Of a stretch of 64,000 nt of DNA, positions 10,379-19,772 are shown piece after piece. A program made the translations under genes and the position numbers. Where the stretch lies: the NCBI GenBank assembly GCA_050953065.1, contig JBMNLZ010000003.1:160001-224000 (forward strand). Direction: 5' to 3'. This stretch comes from Bacilli bacterium (GTDB lineage: Bacteria > Bacillota_I > Bacilli_A > ML615J-28 > CAG-698). The notes below the pieces were generated by a model. The model had not been told where the DNA came from and did no database searches. It worked only from the letters and a program-made list of their open reading frames with translations. Each line of letters opens with the position of its first letter. The first letter of the stretch is position 1.

Positions 10379-10405
10379 CTACCCAAAATTAATCTTGGGT
10401 AGCTT
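10376..10405 (-). terminator. Terminator hairpin after the GH114 gene, abutting the Pho box
   Basis: aagctacccaa-N8-ttgggtagctt. Confidence 0.7.
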
Positions 10406-10436
10406 ATTTATTCTTTTAAGCATTAAACTATTTTTC

Positions 10437-11246
10437 CTAATTTAATTCTAAGTTATTAGCATTATACCATGTAAAACCATTTTCTTTACAATAAGAATTA
10501 ATTTCTTTAGAAAGACTATTACTTGCATGATATTCTAATAAATAAACTTCTAAACCATAATCCTTAACACTTTTTAAATATTTTTTAAAATATGTAGTTT
10601 CTTCTATTAGTTGTTTCTCATAAGTTTTACTTTCAAAATCAATCATAGTAAAAACTGTTTCTTGATTTACTCCATCAAATAAATTTAAAGCAATATCTTT
10701 TTCAATGCATCTAGAAACAAAAGTGTCTCCACCATTAATAATTAATTTCAGATCAAATTCTTTTAAACTTTCTAAAATTAAACATAATCCATTAAAGATA
10801 TCATCCGTTTCAAAAAAATAATAAACGTCTAAATTATCTAAAAACAATCCATCAAAGCCCATATTATTATATTCGCTTGCAAGTTCATTGACAATGAAGT
10901 CTTGCCAAGTTTTTGATGAAACATCAATCCATCTTTCATCAGGCCAATCTTCATATACTCCTAACGATAGACTTTTAAACCTATCAAAATAGGTTCTATA
11001 CTCTTCTAAAGCACCAACATTTAAATAGCCATAAATCTTTTTTTCTTCATTATGCAGTTTATCAATACTTTCTTTTGAAAATTCTTGAGGTTCAATTACA
11101 ACCTGTTTATAATCATTTAACTTTTTAATTTCATCATCATTTATCCCTAAAAAAACACCATATTCATTTTGAAGTTTTTTTGCACACCCTGATATAAATA
11201 GCAAGGTGATGTTAAAGATAACGATTAACATTAAACTTTTTTTCAT
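10437..11246 (-). CDS. GH114/DUF297 endo-alpha-1,4-polygalactosaminidase-like lipoprotein
   Basis: Lipobox ISGC; GYLNVGALEEYR, WPDERWID, GFDGLFLDNLDVY, LIINGG, VNQE. Confidence 0.8.
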   Translation of the reverse strand: MKKSLMLIVIFNITLLFISGCAKKLQNEYGVFLGINDDEIKKLNDYKQVVIEPQEFSKESIDKLHNEEKKIYGYLNVGALEEYRTYFDRFKSLSLGVYEDWPDERWIDVSSKTWQDFIVNELASEYNNMGFDGLFLDNLDVYYFFETDDIFNGLCLILESLKEFDLKLIINGGDTFVSRCIEKDIALNLFDGVNQETVFTMIDFESKTYEKQLIEETTYFKKYLKSVKDYGLEVYLLEYHASNSLSKEINSYCKENGFTWYNANNLELN

Positions 11247-11763
11247 TTTAAATTCTCTTTCTTTAATAAATACCTTTATAAAATTATAACATAGTACGAA
11301 AGCAATTTTTAAAAAGCACTTCGTTGCTTTTTATACCTTATATGTTTAACTTAACTATCACTGTTATAATTATTTTTTACCTATATATTTTATACTATAA
11401 TTGAGGTAAAAAGCAACTTATTTTTGAGGTTTTTGGTAAGTTGTATATTGTAAATCTAATTGCAACACTTTATTCCTACCTTCCTTTTTAGTTTTCCTTT
11501 TTTAGAACAAATTATTGTTTAATCATATCATCATTATAAAATGGTCTTATTTTTCTTAAATACATCTTCCATTTTATTATAATACACCTCATTTAAAGGT
11601 AATAGTTTTAATTTTTTTTCATTTCTATTCCCTTTATTGATAATAACCTAAAATCTTATGAAAATTGTAATTACTTTTAAAAATATCATATATTAAAACT
11701 TTACAAAACAGTTTCTCCAACAAAAAAAGCCATCCCTTGATGACTTCTCTTTTGCTTGTTTTA

Positions 11764-11847
11764 TGGTGCGGGTGACAGGAATCGAACCTGCACTCCGAAG
11801 AACTAGATCCTAAGTCTAGCGCGTCTGCCTAATTTCGCCACACCCGC
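11764..11847 (-). tRNA. tRNA-Leu (anticodon TAG)
   Basis: GCGGGTG acceptor stem, anticodon arm CTAGA-CTTAGGA-TCTAG, long variable arm, GGTTCGATTCC, encoded CCA. Confidence 0.97.
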
Positions 11848-11915
11848 ACAACCATGCTATACTATAATAGCACGATTTTATTTTTTATGCAATATTTAAG
11901 TTTAAATTTTTTGTG

Positions 11916-12563
11916 TTATCTTTTATCAAGTTCAACCTTGATATCATCCCAAGTAATTTCAAACTCAGCCATTAAAACCGTTAAATGATAAATTAAATCC
12001 GAAATCTCAAAAACTACTTGTTCTTTGTTTTTATCTTTAGATGCAATTATTACTTCACTTGACTCTTCACCAATTTTTTTTAAAATCTTATCAATTCCCT
12101 TAGCAAACAAATAATTAGTATATGATCCTTCAACAGGGTTTTTCTTACGATCAATAATAATTTCATAAAGTTTAGTTAAAGCATCATCACTTGTTGATGC
12201 TTTTTCTCTGTTTATAACCATCGAAACATTTTCAGTTAATTCTTGGTAAAAGCAAGTTGCTTGTCCTGTATGGCAAGAAATTCCACCCTTTTGTTCGATT
12301 TGAAGAAGTAAAGCATCTCCATCACAATCAACACTGATTCCTTTTAAATATTGAAAATATCCAGAAGTTTCTCCTTTTAACCAAATCTCATTACGACTTC
12401 TACTAAAATAATATACTTCACTAGTTTCTAAAGTTTTCTCTAATGCTTCTTTATTCATATAGGCTACCATTCTAACCTTTTTAGAATGATAATCTTGAGC
12501 AACAGCTAAAACTAAACCCTTATCATCATATTTTACTTTACTTAAAAATTCTTTCTTATTCAT
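11916..12563 (-). CDS. hisIE: Bifunctional phosphoribosyl-AMP cyclohydrolase / phosphoribosyl-ATP pyrophosphatase
   Basis: SRSR..W.KGETSG, DCDGD, CHTG..TCF; GSYT.YLF, KKIGEE. Confidence 0.96.
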   Translation of the reverse strand: MNKKEFLSKVKYDDKGLVLAVAQDYHSKKVRMVAYMNKEALEKTLETSEVYYFSRSRNEIWLKGETSGYFQYLKGISVDCDGDALLLQIEQKGGISCHTGQATCFYQELTENVSMVINREKASTSDDALTKLYEIIIDRKKNPVEGSYTNYLFAKGIDKILKKIGEESSEVIIASKDKNKEQVVFEISDLIYHLTVLMAEFEITWDDIKVELDKR

Positions 12564-13315
12564 TATAACCTCACACTTACTCCATTTTGAATTAAATATT
12601 TTTTCAATTCTTCAATCTTAACTGTTTGAAAATGAAAAATTGAAGCAGCTAGGGCCGCATCAGCTCCTGCTTCTTTAAAGACATCTAAAAAGTCTTCTGC
12701 TTTACCAGCCCCGCCTGATGCAATAACAGGTATTTTAACTGCATCAACGATTTTTTTTGTAAGACTCAAATCATAACCTGATTTCTTACCATCTTTATCA
12801 ATACTGGTAAGAAGTATTTCTCCAGCTCCACGCATTTCAACTTCTTTTGCCCAATTAAAAGCATCTATTCCAGTTGCTTTTTTCCCGCCATTAATATAGA
12901 CTTCATAAAACTTTCCATTCCACGAAACATCTATCGCTATTACGATAGAAGGTTTTCCAAACCTTAATGAAACTTCGTTAATAAAATCAGGATTCTTGAC
13001 AGCAATAGAATTAATAGATACTTTATCTGCTCCTGCATTTAAAATATCACTAATATCACCAAATGTCTTAATGCCACCACCCACAATAAAAGGAATCGTA
13101 ACAACTCTTGCTACTTCTTTTATAACATCAATGATTGTTTTTCTTTCTTCAATAGTTGCTGTAATATCTAATAATACTAACTCATCAGCACCAAGTTCAT
13201 TATAGCGTTTTGCTATTTCAACAGGATCACCTGCATCAACTAAAGAGTTAAAATTAACTCCTTTTACAACTCTACCACCCTTTACATCTAAACAAGGTAT
13301 AATTCTTTTATTCAA
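12563..13315 (-). CDS. hisF: Imidazole glycerol phosphate synthase cyclase subunit
   Basis: [44 protein letters not shown]; TTG start. Confidence 0.97.
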   Translation of the reverse strand: MNKRIIPCLDVKGGRVVKGVNFNSLVDAGDPVEIAKRYNELGADELVLLDITATIEERKTIIDVIKEVARVVTIPFIVGGGIKTFGDISDILNAGADKVSINSIAVKNPDFINEVSLRFGKPSIVIAIDVSWNGKFYEVYINGGKKATGIDAFNWAKEVEMRGAGEILLTSIDKDGKKSGYDLSLTKKIVDAVKIPVIASGGAGKAEDFLDVFKEAGADAALAASIFHFQTVKIEELKKYLIQNGVSVRL

Positions 13316-13326
13316 ATCTTTTTACC

Positions 13327-14046
13327 TCAAACTCTCTCAAACATTTCTATTGCTTCTTTTAAAGCAATTTTTTCTAAATATAGTGCTTTCCCTATAATAA
13401 CACCTTCACAATTTATTTTTTCTATTTCTCTTAAATCATCAATGCTTGATGCTCCACCTGAAGCTATAATTTTTAGAGAAGTTTTATCTACAATTTCCTT
13501 AGTAGATAAAACATTATACCCAGAAAGCATTCCATCTCTTGCAATATCAGTGTAAACTACATACTTTACACCAAGTTTTTCTAACTCTAAACAAAAATCA
13601 ATTGCTTTAAGATTAGTTTTATCTAACCAACCGTGGATTGCAACAAATCCATCTTTAGCATCAACTCCAACAACTATTTTTTCATCTCCCCATTTATTAA
13701 TAGCTTCTTTAACTATATTAATGTTCTTAACCGCAATACTTCCTAAAATTACTCTTGTAATACCTAAATTAAGCAATCTTTCAATATCTTCCAACGTTCT
13801 AATTCCACCACCTAGTTGAATTGGAATTTTAATTGCTTTAATAATCCCTTTAATTGCTTCTTCATTAATTGACATACCAGCTTTAGCCCCATCTAAATCT
13901 ACCAAATGCAAAAAAGAAGCCCCTTCTTTTTCCCATTTTAAAGCCATTTCAACCGGGTCTCCAAAAACTGTTACTTTATCATAGTCACCTTGGACTAATC
14001 TAACACATTTTCCATCTTTTAAATCAATTGCTGGATATATTCTCAT
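13327..14046 (-). CDS. hisA: ProFAR isomerase
   Basis: [41 protein letters not shown]. Confidence 0.97.
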   Translation of the reverse strand: MRIYPAIDLKDGKCVRLVQGDYDKVTVFGDPVEMALKWEKEGASFLHLVDLDGAKAGMSINEEAIKGIIKAIKIPIQLGGGIRTLEDIERLLNLGITRVILGSIAVKNINIVKEAINKWGDEKIVVGVDAKDGFVAIHGWLDKTNLKAIDFCLELEKLGVKYVVYTDIARDGMLSGYNVLSTKEIVDKTSLKIIASGGASSIDDLREIEKINCEGVIIGKALYLEKIALKEAIEMFERV

Positions 14047-14067
14047 AATTTTACCTAATTTATCTTT

Positions 14068-14652
14068 TTATAATATTGCTTTTGTTGAAGGAATCTTATC
14101 CATTCTTTTATCTAAACTAACTGCTTCTTTTAGGCTTCTAGCAAAAGCTTTAAACATACATTCAATAATGTGGTGATAATTTTCCCCTCTAATAATTTGA
14201 AAGTGCAAATTAATCCCCGCATTCATTGCTAGGGCTCTAAAAAATTCTTCCACAGTATCTGTTTCAAAATCACCGATTTTTTCTTTCTTAAACTTTTTAT
14301 CAATTTCAAGATAACCTCTAGTAGATAAATCAATCGCACATAAAACTAAAGCCTCATCCATTGGAATAATACATGATGCAAAACGATTAATCCCTTTTTT
14401 ATCTTTTAAGGCTTCTTTAATTGCTTGACCTAAAACAATCCCTACATCTTCTACTAAGTGATGTGTATCCACATGCAAATCTCCAATTGCTTCAATTTTT
14501 AAATCACAAAGTGAGTGGAAAGAAAAACTCATCAAGACATGGTCAAAAAATCCGATGTTAGTAGTAACAGTCCCACTACCAGTCCCATCAAGATTTAATT
14601 CTAATTTAATCATTGTTTCTTTACTATTTCTTTCAATTTTAGCAGTTCGCAT
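14068..14652 (-). CDS. hisB: Imidazoleglycerol-phosphate dehydratase
   Basis: GFFDH, DTHHLVED, PMDEAL, NYHHIIE, IPSTK. Confidence 0.97.
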   Translation of the reverse strand: MRTAKIERNSKETMIKLELNLDGTGSGTVTTNIGFFDHVLMSFSFHSLCDLKIEAIGDLHVDTHHLVEDVGIVLGQAIKEALKDKKGINRFASCIIPMDEALVLCAIDLSTRGYLEIDKKFKKEKIGDFETDTVEEFFRALAMNAGINLHFQIIRGENYHHIIECMFKAFARSLKEAVSLDKRMDKIPSTKAIL

Positions 14653-15679
14653 ATTTTGACACCACCTTTACAAATTTTTTCATCTCTAAACTAGAACCAA
14701 TTGTAATCCTAGAATACATTTGGTCTTTAAAAGCTATACTTCTAATATAAACTTTATTCTCTTCTAAAGCTTTCTTTATTCTATCATCTAGTTTACACCA
14801 AAGGAAATTAGCTTTTGATGGATAAACCTCAATTCCTAAACCTTTTAATATATTATAAGTTTCTTCTAATTCTTTTTTTATTTCTATTATATTATCTAAA
14901 ATTAAAGCCTTATTTTTAATAGCTAAAATTGCCATTTCATTAGATAAGACATTTAAATTATAAGGCATTTTAACAACATTAAGCAGTTCAATATTTTCTT
15001 TAGTACTTATTGCATAACCTGTTCTAATTGAAGCTAGTCTAAAAGCCTTTGAAAAAGTTCTTAAAACTATTAAATTATTGTATTTTTTAATTAAATCTAA
15101 AGCAGTTTTATCATCAAATTCAGCATATGCTTCATCTACTACAACTAACCCATTAGCCTCTTTTAAAACTTTTTCAATCTCACTATTAGAAAGGCTTGTT
15201 CCTGTTGGATTGTTTGGAACACATAAAAAAATTAATTTTGGATCATGTTTTTTAATTTCTTCAACAAATAAACCTATATCATAATTAAAGGCATTATCCA
15301 ACTCTACTTCTATAACACTTGCTCCTGCATAAAACCCGAGTTGCTTATACATCGTAAATGATGGATAAGGCACAACAACTTTATCGCCTTTTGATATAAC
15401 TGCTTTAAAAATTAAATTAAGCATTTCATCGCTTCCAACACCAACACAAACATTATCAATTTCTATTCCATAGCTTTTAGCAATCGCTTCTTTTAATTTT
15501 AGATTGTCAGTATCAGGATAACGGTTAAAATTTACATCATCTAAAACGCTCTTAAACTTTTCTAAAATCCCTTTAGGAATATTTAAAGGTGATTCATTAG
15601 CATTAAGAATTATACCTTCTGATATATGTTTTGAATGATATGGTTTTAAATTTCTAAATTCTTCTTTTAAATATTTCAC
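14639..15679 (-). CDS. hisC: Histidinol-phosphate aminotransferase
   Basis: LNANESP, NRYPD, GSDE, PNNPTG, DEAY, RTFSKAF. Confidence 0.95.
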   Translation of the reverse strand: MKYLKEEFRNLKPYHSKHISEGIILNANESPLNIPKGILEKFKSVLDDVNFNRYPDTDNLKLKEAIAKSYGIEIDNVCVGVGSDEMLNLIFKAVISKGDKVVVPYPSFTMYKQLGFYAGASVIEVELDNAFNYDIGLFVEEIKKHDPKLIFLCVPNNPTGTSLSNSEIEKVLKEANGLVVVDEAYAEFDDKTALDLIKKYNNLIVLRTFSKAFRLASIRTGYAISTKENIELLNVVKMPYNLNVLSNEMAILAIKNKALILDNIIEIKKELEETYNILKGLGIEVYPSKANFLWCKLDDRIKKALEENKVYIRSIAFKDQMYSRITIGSSLEMKKFVKVVSKYANC

Positions 15680-15701
15680 CTTTTTTCTCCTTAAAAAAAG
15701 T

Positions 15702-16988
15702 TTATTTTTTTCTAACTTCTAAAGACTTTGCATGCATATCAAAGCCTTCAAGTTTCGCAAACTTAATTGCTTTATCACTAATTTTATTTAGTGATTCTTT
15801 AGTAAAATATAAAATACTACTCTTCTTAACAAAGTCTTCAACATTTAAAACTGAAGAAAATTTAGCAGTTTTTGCAGTCGGCAAAACATGATTTGGACCA
15901 GCTAAATAATCTCCAATTGCCTCAGGCGTATAATGCCCTAAAAAAATCGCACCTGCATTTTTAATATCATCTAAATATTTTTCAGGATTTTCTACTGCTA
16001 ACTCTAAGTGTTCAGGAGCAATTTCATTTGCTAAATCTATTGCTTCTTTAATGTTTTCAACTATAATAATTTTTGAATATTTCCTCAAAGATTTCTCTAG
16101 AATGTCCTTTCTTGAAGCATCATTATAGCTCTCTTTGACCTCTTTAAACACATCTAGAGCCAAATTTGGGCTGCTAGTAAGCAAAATACTAGATGCTAGC
16201 TCATCATGCTCTGCTTGCCCTAATAAATCACTTGCAACGTATTTTGGATTAGCAGTTTCATCAGCAATTATCAAAATTTCACTAGGTCCAGCAAAACTAT
16301 CTATCCCAACATCACCATATACAATTCTTTTAGCAAGTGCAACATAGATATTTCCAGGACCTACAATTTTATCAACTTTTGGAATTAAAGCAGTCCCATA
16401 AGCTAAAGCTGCAATTGCTTGAGCTCCACCAATTTTAAAGACTTTTGTAGCTCCAGCAACATATGCAGCAGCTAAAACTACACTTGATACTACTCCATCT
16501 TTACTTGGAGTTACCATAATAATTTCTTCAACTCCAGCTACTTTAGCAGGGATAATATTCATCAAAACACTTGATGGATAACTTGCCTGTCCACCTGGTA
16601 CATAGACTCCGACTCTTTTTAATGGTGTTACTTTTTGCCCCATTTTTTCACCATTCCTAAACTCTTTCAACCAAGTTTTCTGTTTTTGGTGTTGATGAAA
16701 ATCAGCAATTCTATTCTTTGCTAGAGTTAAAATTTCTTGCGTTTCTTTGTCTAAAGATTCAAATGCTAATCTTAAATCTTTTAGGTTTACCTCTAAAGAA
16801 TTTAGAGTAGCATTTTTAAATTCAAACTTTTTAGTATATTCTAACAAGGCTTCATCTTTTCTTTTTTTAATATCTTCTATAATATTTTGAACTATTTCAA
16901 AATACTTATTCTTGTCAGTTTGAGAACGAAGATCTAGAACCTTTAAGAATTCCTCAAGTTTATTTTTTTCTTTTATTATTTCAATCAT
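15702..16988 (-). CDS. hisD: Histidinol dehydrogenase
   Basis: YVPGG, GGAQAIAALAYGT, GPGN, AGPSE, QAEHD, APEHLEL, GPNHVLPT. Confidence 0.97.
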   Translation of the reverse strand: MIEIIKEKNKLEEFLKVLDLRSQTDKNKYFEIVQNIIEDIKKRKDEALLEYTKKFEFKNATLNSLEVNLKDLRLAFESLDKETQEILTLAKNRIADFHQHQKQKTWLKEFRNGEKMGQKVTPLKRVGVYVPGGQASYPSSVLMNIIPAKVAGVEEIIMVTPSKDGVVSSVVLAAAYVAGATKVFKIGGAQAIAALAYGTALIPKVDKIVGPGNIYVALAKRIVYGDVGIDSFAGPSEILIIADETANPKYVASDLLGQAEHDELASSILLTSSPNLALDVFKEVKESYNDASRKDILEKSLRKYSKIIIVENIKEAIDLANEIAPEHLELAVENPEKYLDDIKNAGAIFLGHYTPEAIGDYLAGPNHVLPTAKTAKFSSVLNVEDFVKKSSILYFTKESLNKISDKAIKFAKLEGFDMHAKSLEVRKK

Positions 16989-17620
16989 TATTTAATCATT
17001 CCTTTTAAGCCTTCAATAATATAATTAATGTCATCGTATTTAACTTTTAAACTAGCACTATTAGCAATTAATCTTGCAGAAATATTAGCTATTTCTTCTA
17101 TTACTTCTAAGCCATTTTCTTTTAATGTTTTTCCACTTTCAACAATATCAACAATAACATCACTAAGTCCTACTAAAGGGCCAAGTTCAACACTTCCATT
17201 TAATTTTATTATTTCAGCATATCTATTAGTTTTCAAGAAATACTCTTTCGCAATATTTGGATATTTAGTAGCAACACGAATATTTTTCTTGCTTGCAAGA
17301 AGTTTTCTAGCATCACTAAAGCCAGCTACAGCTAGCCTACAAGCACCAAATTTTAAATCTAAAACTTCAGTTACACTACGTTTTTCTTCCATAATTGTAT
17401 CTTTTCCAACAACACCAATATCAGCAATTCCATATTCAATATAAATTGGAACATCAGTTGGCTTTGCTAGAAAGATTTTATATTTTTTATCAGCACTATA
17501 AAAAACTAATTTTCTAGTTTTCTCTTCAATTTCTAAAGAAAGAATTCCTAAAGCTTCTAACATATTAATAATTTCTTGAGCAAGTCTTCCCTTAGAAAGT
17601 GCAAAAGTAATTGTATTCAT
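16988..17620 (-). CDS. hisG: ATP phosphoribosyltransferase, short form
   Basis: ALSKGRL, ATKYP, GSVELGP, DIVESG.TL.ENGL; 210 aa, next to hisZ. Confidence 0.96.
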   Translation of the reverse strand: MNTITFALSKGRLAQEIINMLEALGILSLEIEEKTRKLVFYSADKKYKIFLAKPTDVPIYIEYGIADIGVVGKDTIMEEKRSVTEVLDLKFGACRLAVAGFSDARKLLASKKNIRVATKYPNIAKEYFLKTNRYAEIIKLNGSVELGPLVGLSDVIVDIVESGKTLKENGLEVIEEIANISARLIANSASLKVKYDDINYIIEGLKGMIK

Positions 17621-17632
17621 ATCTATCCTCTT

Positions 17633-18829
17633 TTATAAATTTATAATTTTTTCTTTATTATTTTCATAACTAATAACTTTTTTAGCTTTGATTTTTTTAG
17701 CATAAGCAATAGTTTCTTCTAAACTATCCTCTAAACTATCAATAACAATTTTATCTTTTCTTAAGATTTTATTTTGTCGATATGCAAAATCATAACTAAC
17801 TTTGTCATAAAAACTAACGATTATCTCTTCTTCTATTTTAATTAAATCATTTTGAATAATATATTCTAATAATAAATCAATATTAAGTCCAAAGCCAATT
17901 GCTTTTAAATCAGCACCAAAATGACTTAATAAATTATCATATCTTCCACCTTCAATTATAGCGTCAGCAATTCCTTTAACAAAAATTTGAAATATAATTT
18001 TATTATAATACTTAGCATATGAGTAAATACTAAAATCAAATAAAACATATTTTGCCATATCAATTTCTTCAAGTGCTAAATAGAATTCTTCTAACTCGCA
18101 AAGAACTTTATTAGTTTTTGGAAAAGCGATTTTTTCTTTTAATCTTCTAATAAAATTAATTCTTCCAGCGGATTGCATTAATTCTATAATTAATTCTTTT
18201 TCACTGTTTTTTATATCTAGTGAATCTAAATATTCTTTTAAAGTAACAAAATCCTTTGCTTCAATTATCTTATAAATTTCCCTCTTAGACATTTCTTCTA
18301 TTCTTAACTCAGTAAGTAAAGTTTCGATAAAATCAACACTTCCAATATGAATTGAAAAGGAATTAACGAAATTTTCTTTTAAAGATGCTAGAGCAATTTT
18401 TAAAACTTCTAAATCGGCTTTAATTCCAGCTTTACCAATCAATTCAATTCCTGCTTGAGTAAATTCGTGTGAAGCACCTTGATATACTTTAGGATATCTA
18501 AAAGTATTAGCTACATAAAAATATCTTTTAGGCATAACTCCTTCACTATCCTTACTTGAAACAAATCTAGCAATTGATGCTGTCATATCACTTCTTAATG
18601 CTAGAATTTCGTTATCTCTATTAATAAGATTATATAAAGATGGTTTTTGAGAAGTATTTTTACCAACACTAAAAACATCAATATATTCAAAAGTTGGTGT
18701 TTGAACCATTTTATAGCCAAAAGATGAAAAACTAGATTTAATATTAGCAATTAGTTTTTCTTTTATTTTAAGTTCATTACCAAAGAAATCTCTAACACCT
18801 TCTGAGGTATGTAACATATAGTTTTTCAT
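17633..18829 (-). CDS. hisZ: ATP phosphoribosyltransferase regulatory subunit
   Basis: HisRS-like: EGVRD, TPTFEY, LRSDMT, EFTQAGIELIG, GGRYDNL; directly upstream of short hisG. Confidence 0.93.
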   Translation of the reverse strand: MKNYMLHTSEGVRDFFGNELKIKEKLIANIKSSFSSFGYKMVQTPTFEYIDVFSVGKNTSQKPSLYNLINRDNEILALRSDMTASIARFVSSKDSEGVMPKRYFYVANTFRYPKVYQGASHEFTQAGIELIGKAGIKADLEVLKIALASLKENFVNSFSIHIGSVDFIETLLTELRIEEMSKREIYKIIEAKDFVTLKEYLDSLDIKNSEKELIIELMQSAGRINFIRRLKEKIAFPKTNKVLCELEEFYLALEEIDMAKYVLFDFSIYSYAKYYNKIIFQIFVKGIADAIIEGGRYDNLLSHFGADLKAIGFGLNIDLLLEYIIQNDLIKIEEEIIVSFYDKVSYDFAYRQNKILRKDKIVIDSLEDSLEETIAYAKKIKAKKVISYENNKEKIINL

Positions 18830-18838
18830 AAAAACCTC

Positions 18839-19630
18839 CTATAATTCAATCTTGCTTAAAACGTTTAATTTTAATTCCTTCGCAAAATCAAGAGCTTTTT
18901 TAACATTTTCACCATGAAAATCTTTAACATAGTGCGCATCACTATTTAAAATGATTTTTACATTTTTATATTTTCCAACAATTTCCCAAAACTCTTTTCT
19001 TGGATATTTTGGTTTAGTTGAGTTAAAATTAAAACCATTAGCATTAATTTCTAAATAAACATCATTTTTCATCGCTGCAAAAATTATCTTTTTAGTAATT
19101 TCTTCATGAAGTGGTAAAAACTCATCCTCATGATATAAGAAAAGTTCAGGATGTGCTAAAATTTTATATAGCTTAGTATCTAAAGCTTTTTCTACTATCA
19201 AAGCATAATTATATAAATCTTTATCTGATAATGGTTCATAAGTAGAAATAAATTTCCCATCACTCTTATAAAAATGCACTCCTAAAACCAAATAATCTAA
19301 ATGCATTAAAATTCTTTTATAAAAAGTCTCTTGTCCTTCAACATATTCTGTTTCTACTGCTTTTAAGATTTTTATATCTTTATGTTTATTAATACTATAT
19401 TCTAGTTGAGGTAAATATTTTTCATAAAAATCATCTTCATTCATTTGTTGGTCTAACCAAAGGAATTTATATAACTCTTCCTTCATCCAACTTCTAGGAA
19501 CTGGACAATGATCAGAAATACCAATTTCTTCGTATTTGTGTTTTAAAGCTTCTTGTACATAATCCTCAACTACACCTTCAGCATGCCCACACAAAGCTAC
19601 ATGACTATGATAATTTGCTACTCTTTTCAT
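18839..19630 (-). CDS. hisK: PHP-family histidinol phosphatase
   Basis: NYHSH, ISDH, LAHPE, LEINA, SDAH; heads the his operon. Confidence 0.8.
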   Translation of the reverse strand: MKRVANYHSHVALCGHAEGVVEDYVQEALKHKYEEIGISDHCPVPRSWMKEELYKFLWLDQQMNEDDFYEKYLPQLEYSINKHKDIKILKAVETEYVEGQETFYKRILMHLDYLVLGVHFYKSDGKFISTYEPLSDKDLYNYALIVEKALDTKLYKILAHPELFLYHEDEFLPLHEEITKKIIFAAMKNDVYLEINANGFNFNSTKPKYPRKEFWEIVGKYKNVKIILNSDAHYVKDFHGENVKKALDFAKELKLNVLSKIEL

Positions 19631-19730
19631 TGTATAACTCCTTCCTAAATTTACATAATTTAATACCCTATTTTATCATAAAATTTGTTATAAAGCAATA
19701 AAACAAGATAAAACTGAAGTTTAAGTAAAA

Positions 19731-19765
19731 AAAGATAGATTTAAAAAATTTTTAAATCTATCTTT
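19731..19765 (-). terminator. Terminator after met operon
   Basis: aaagatagatttaaaaa / tttttaaatctatcttt palindrome with T-run on minus strand. Confidence 0.75.
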
Positions 19766-19772
19766 AAAATTT

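Noticed and set aside
19631-19730. His attenuator or T-box upstream of the his operon
   Set aside because: Only a promoter-like sequence fits; no His-rich leader or T-box motif.
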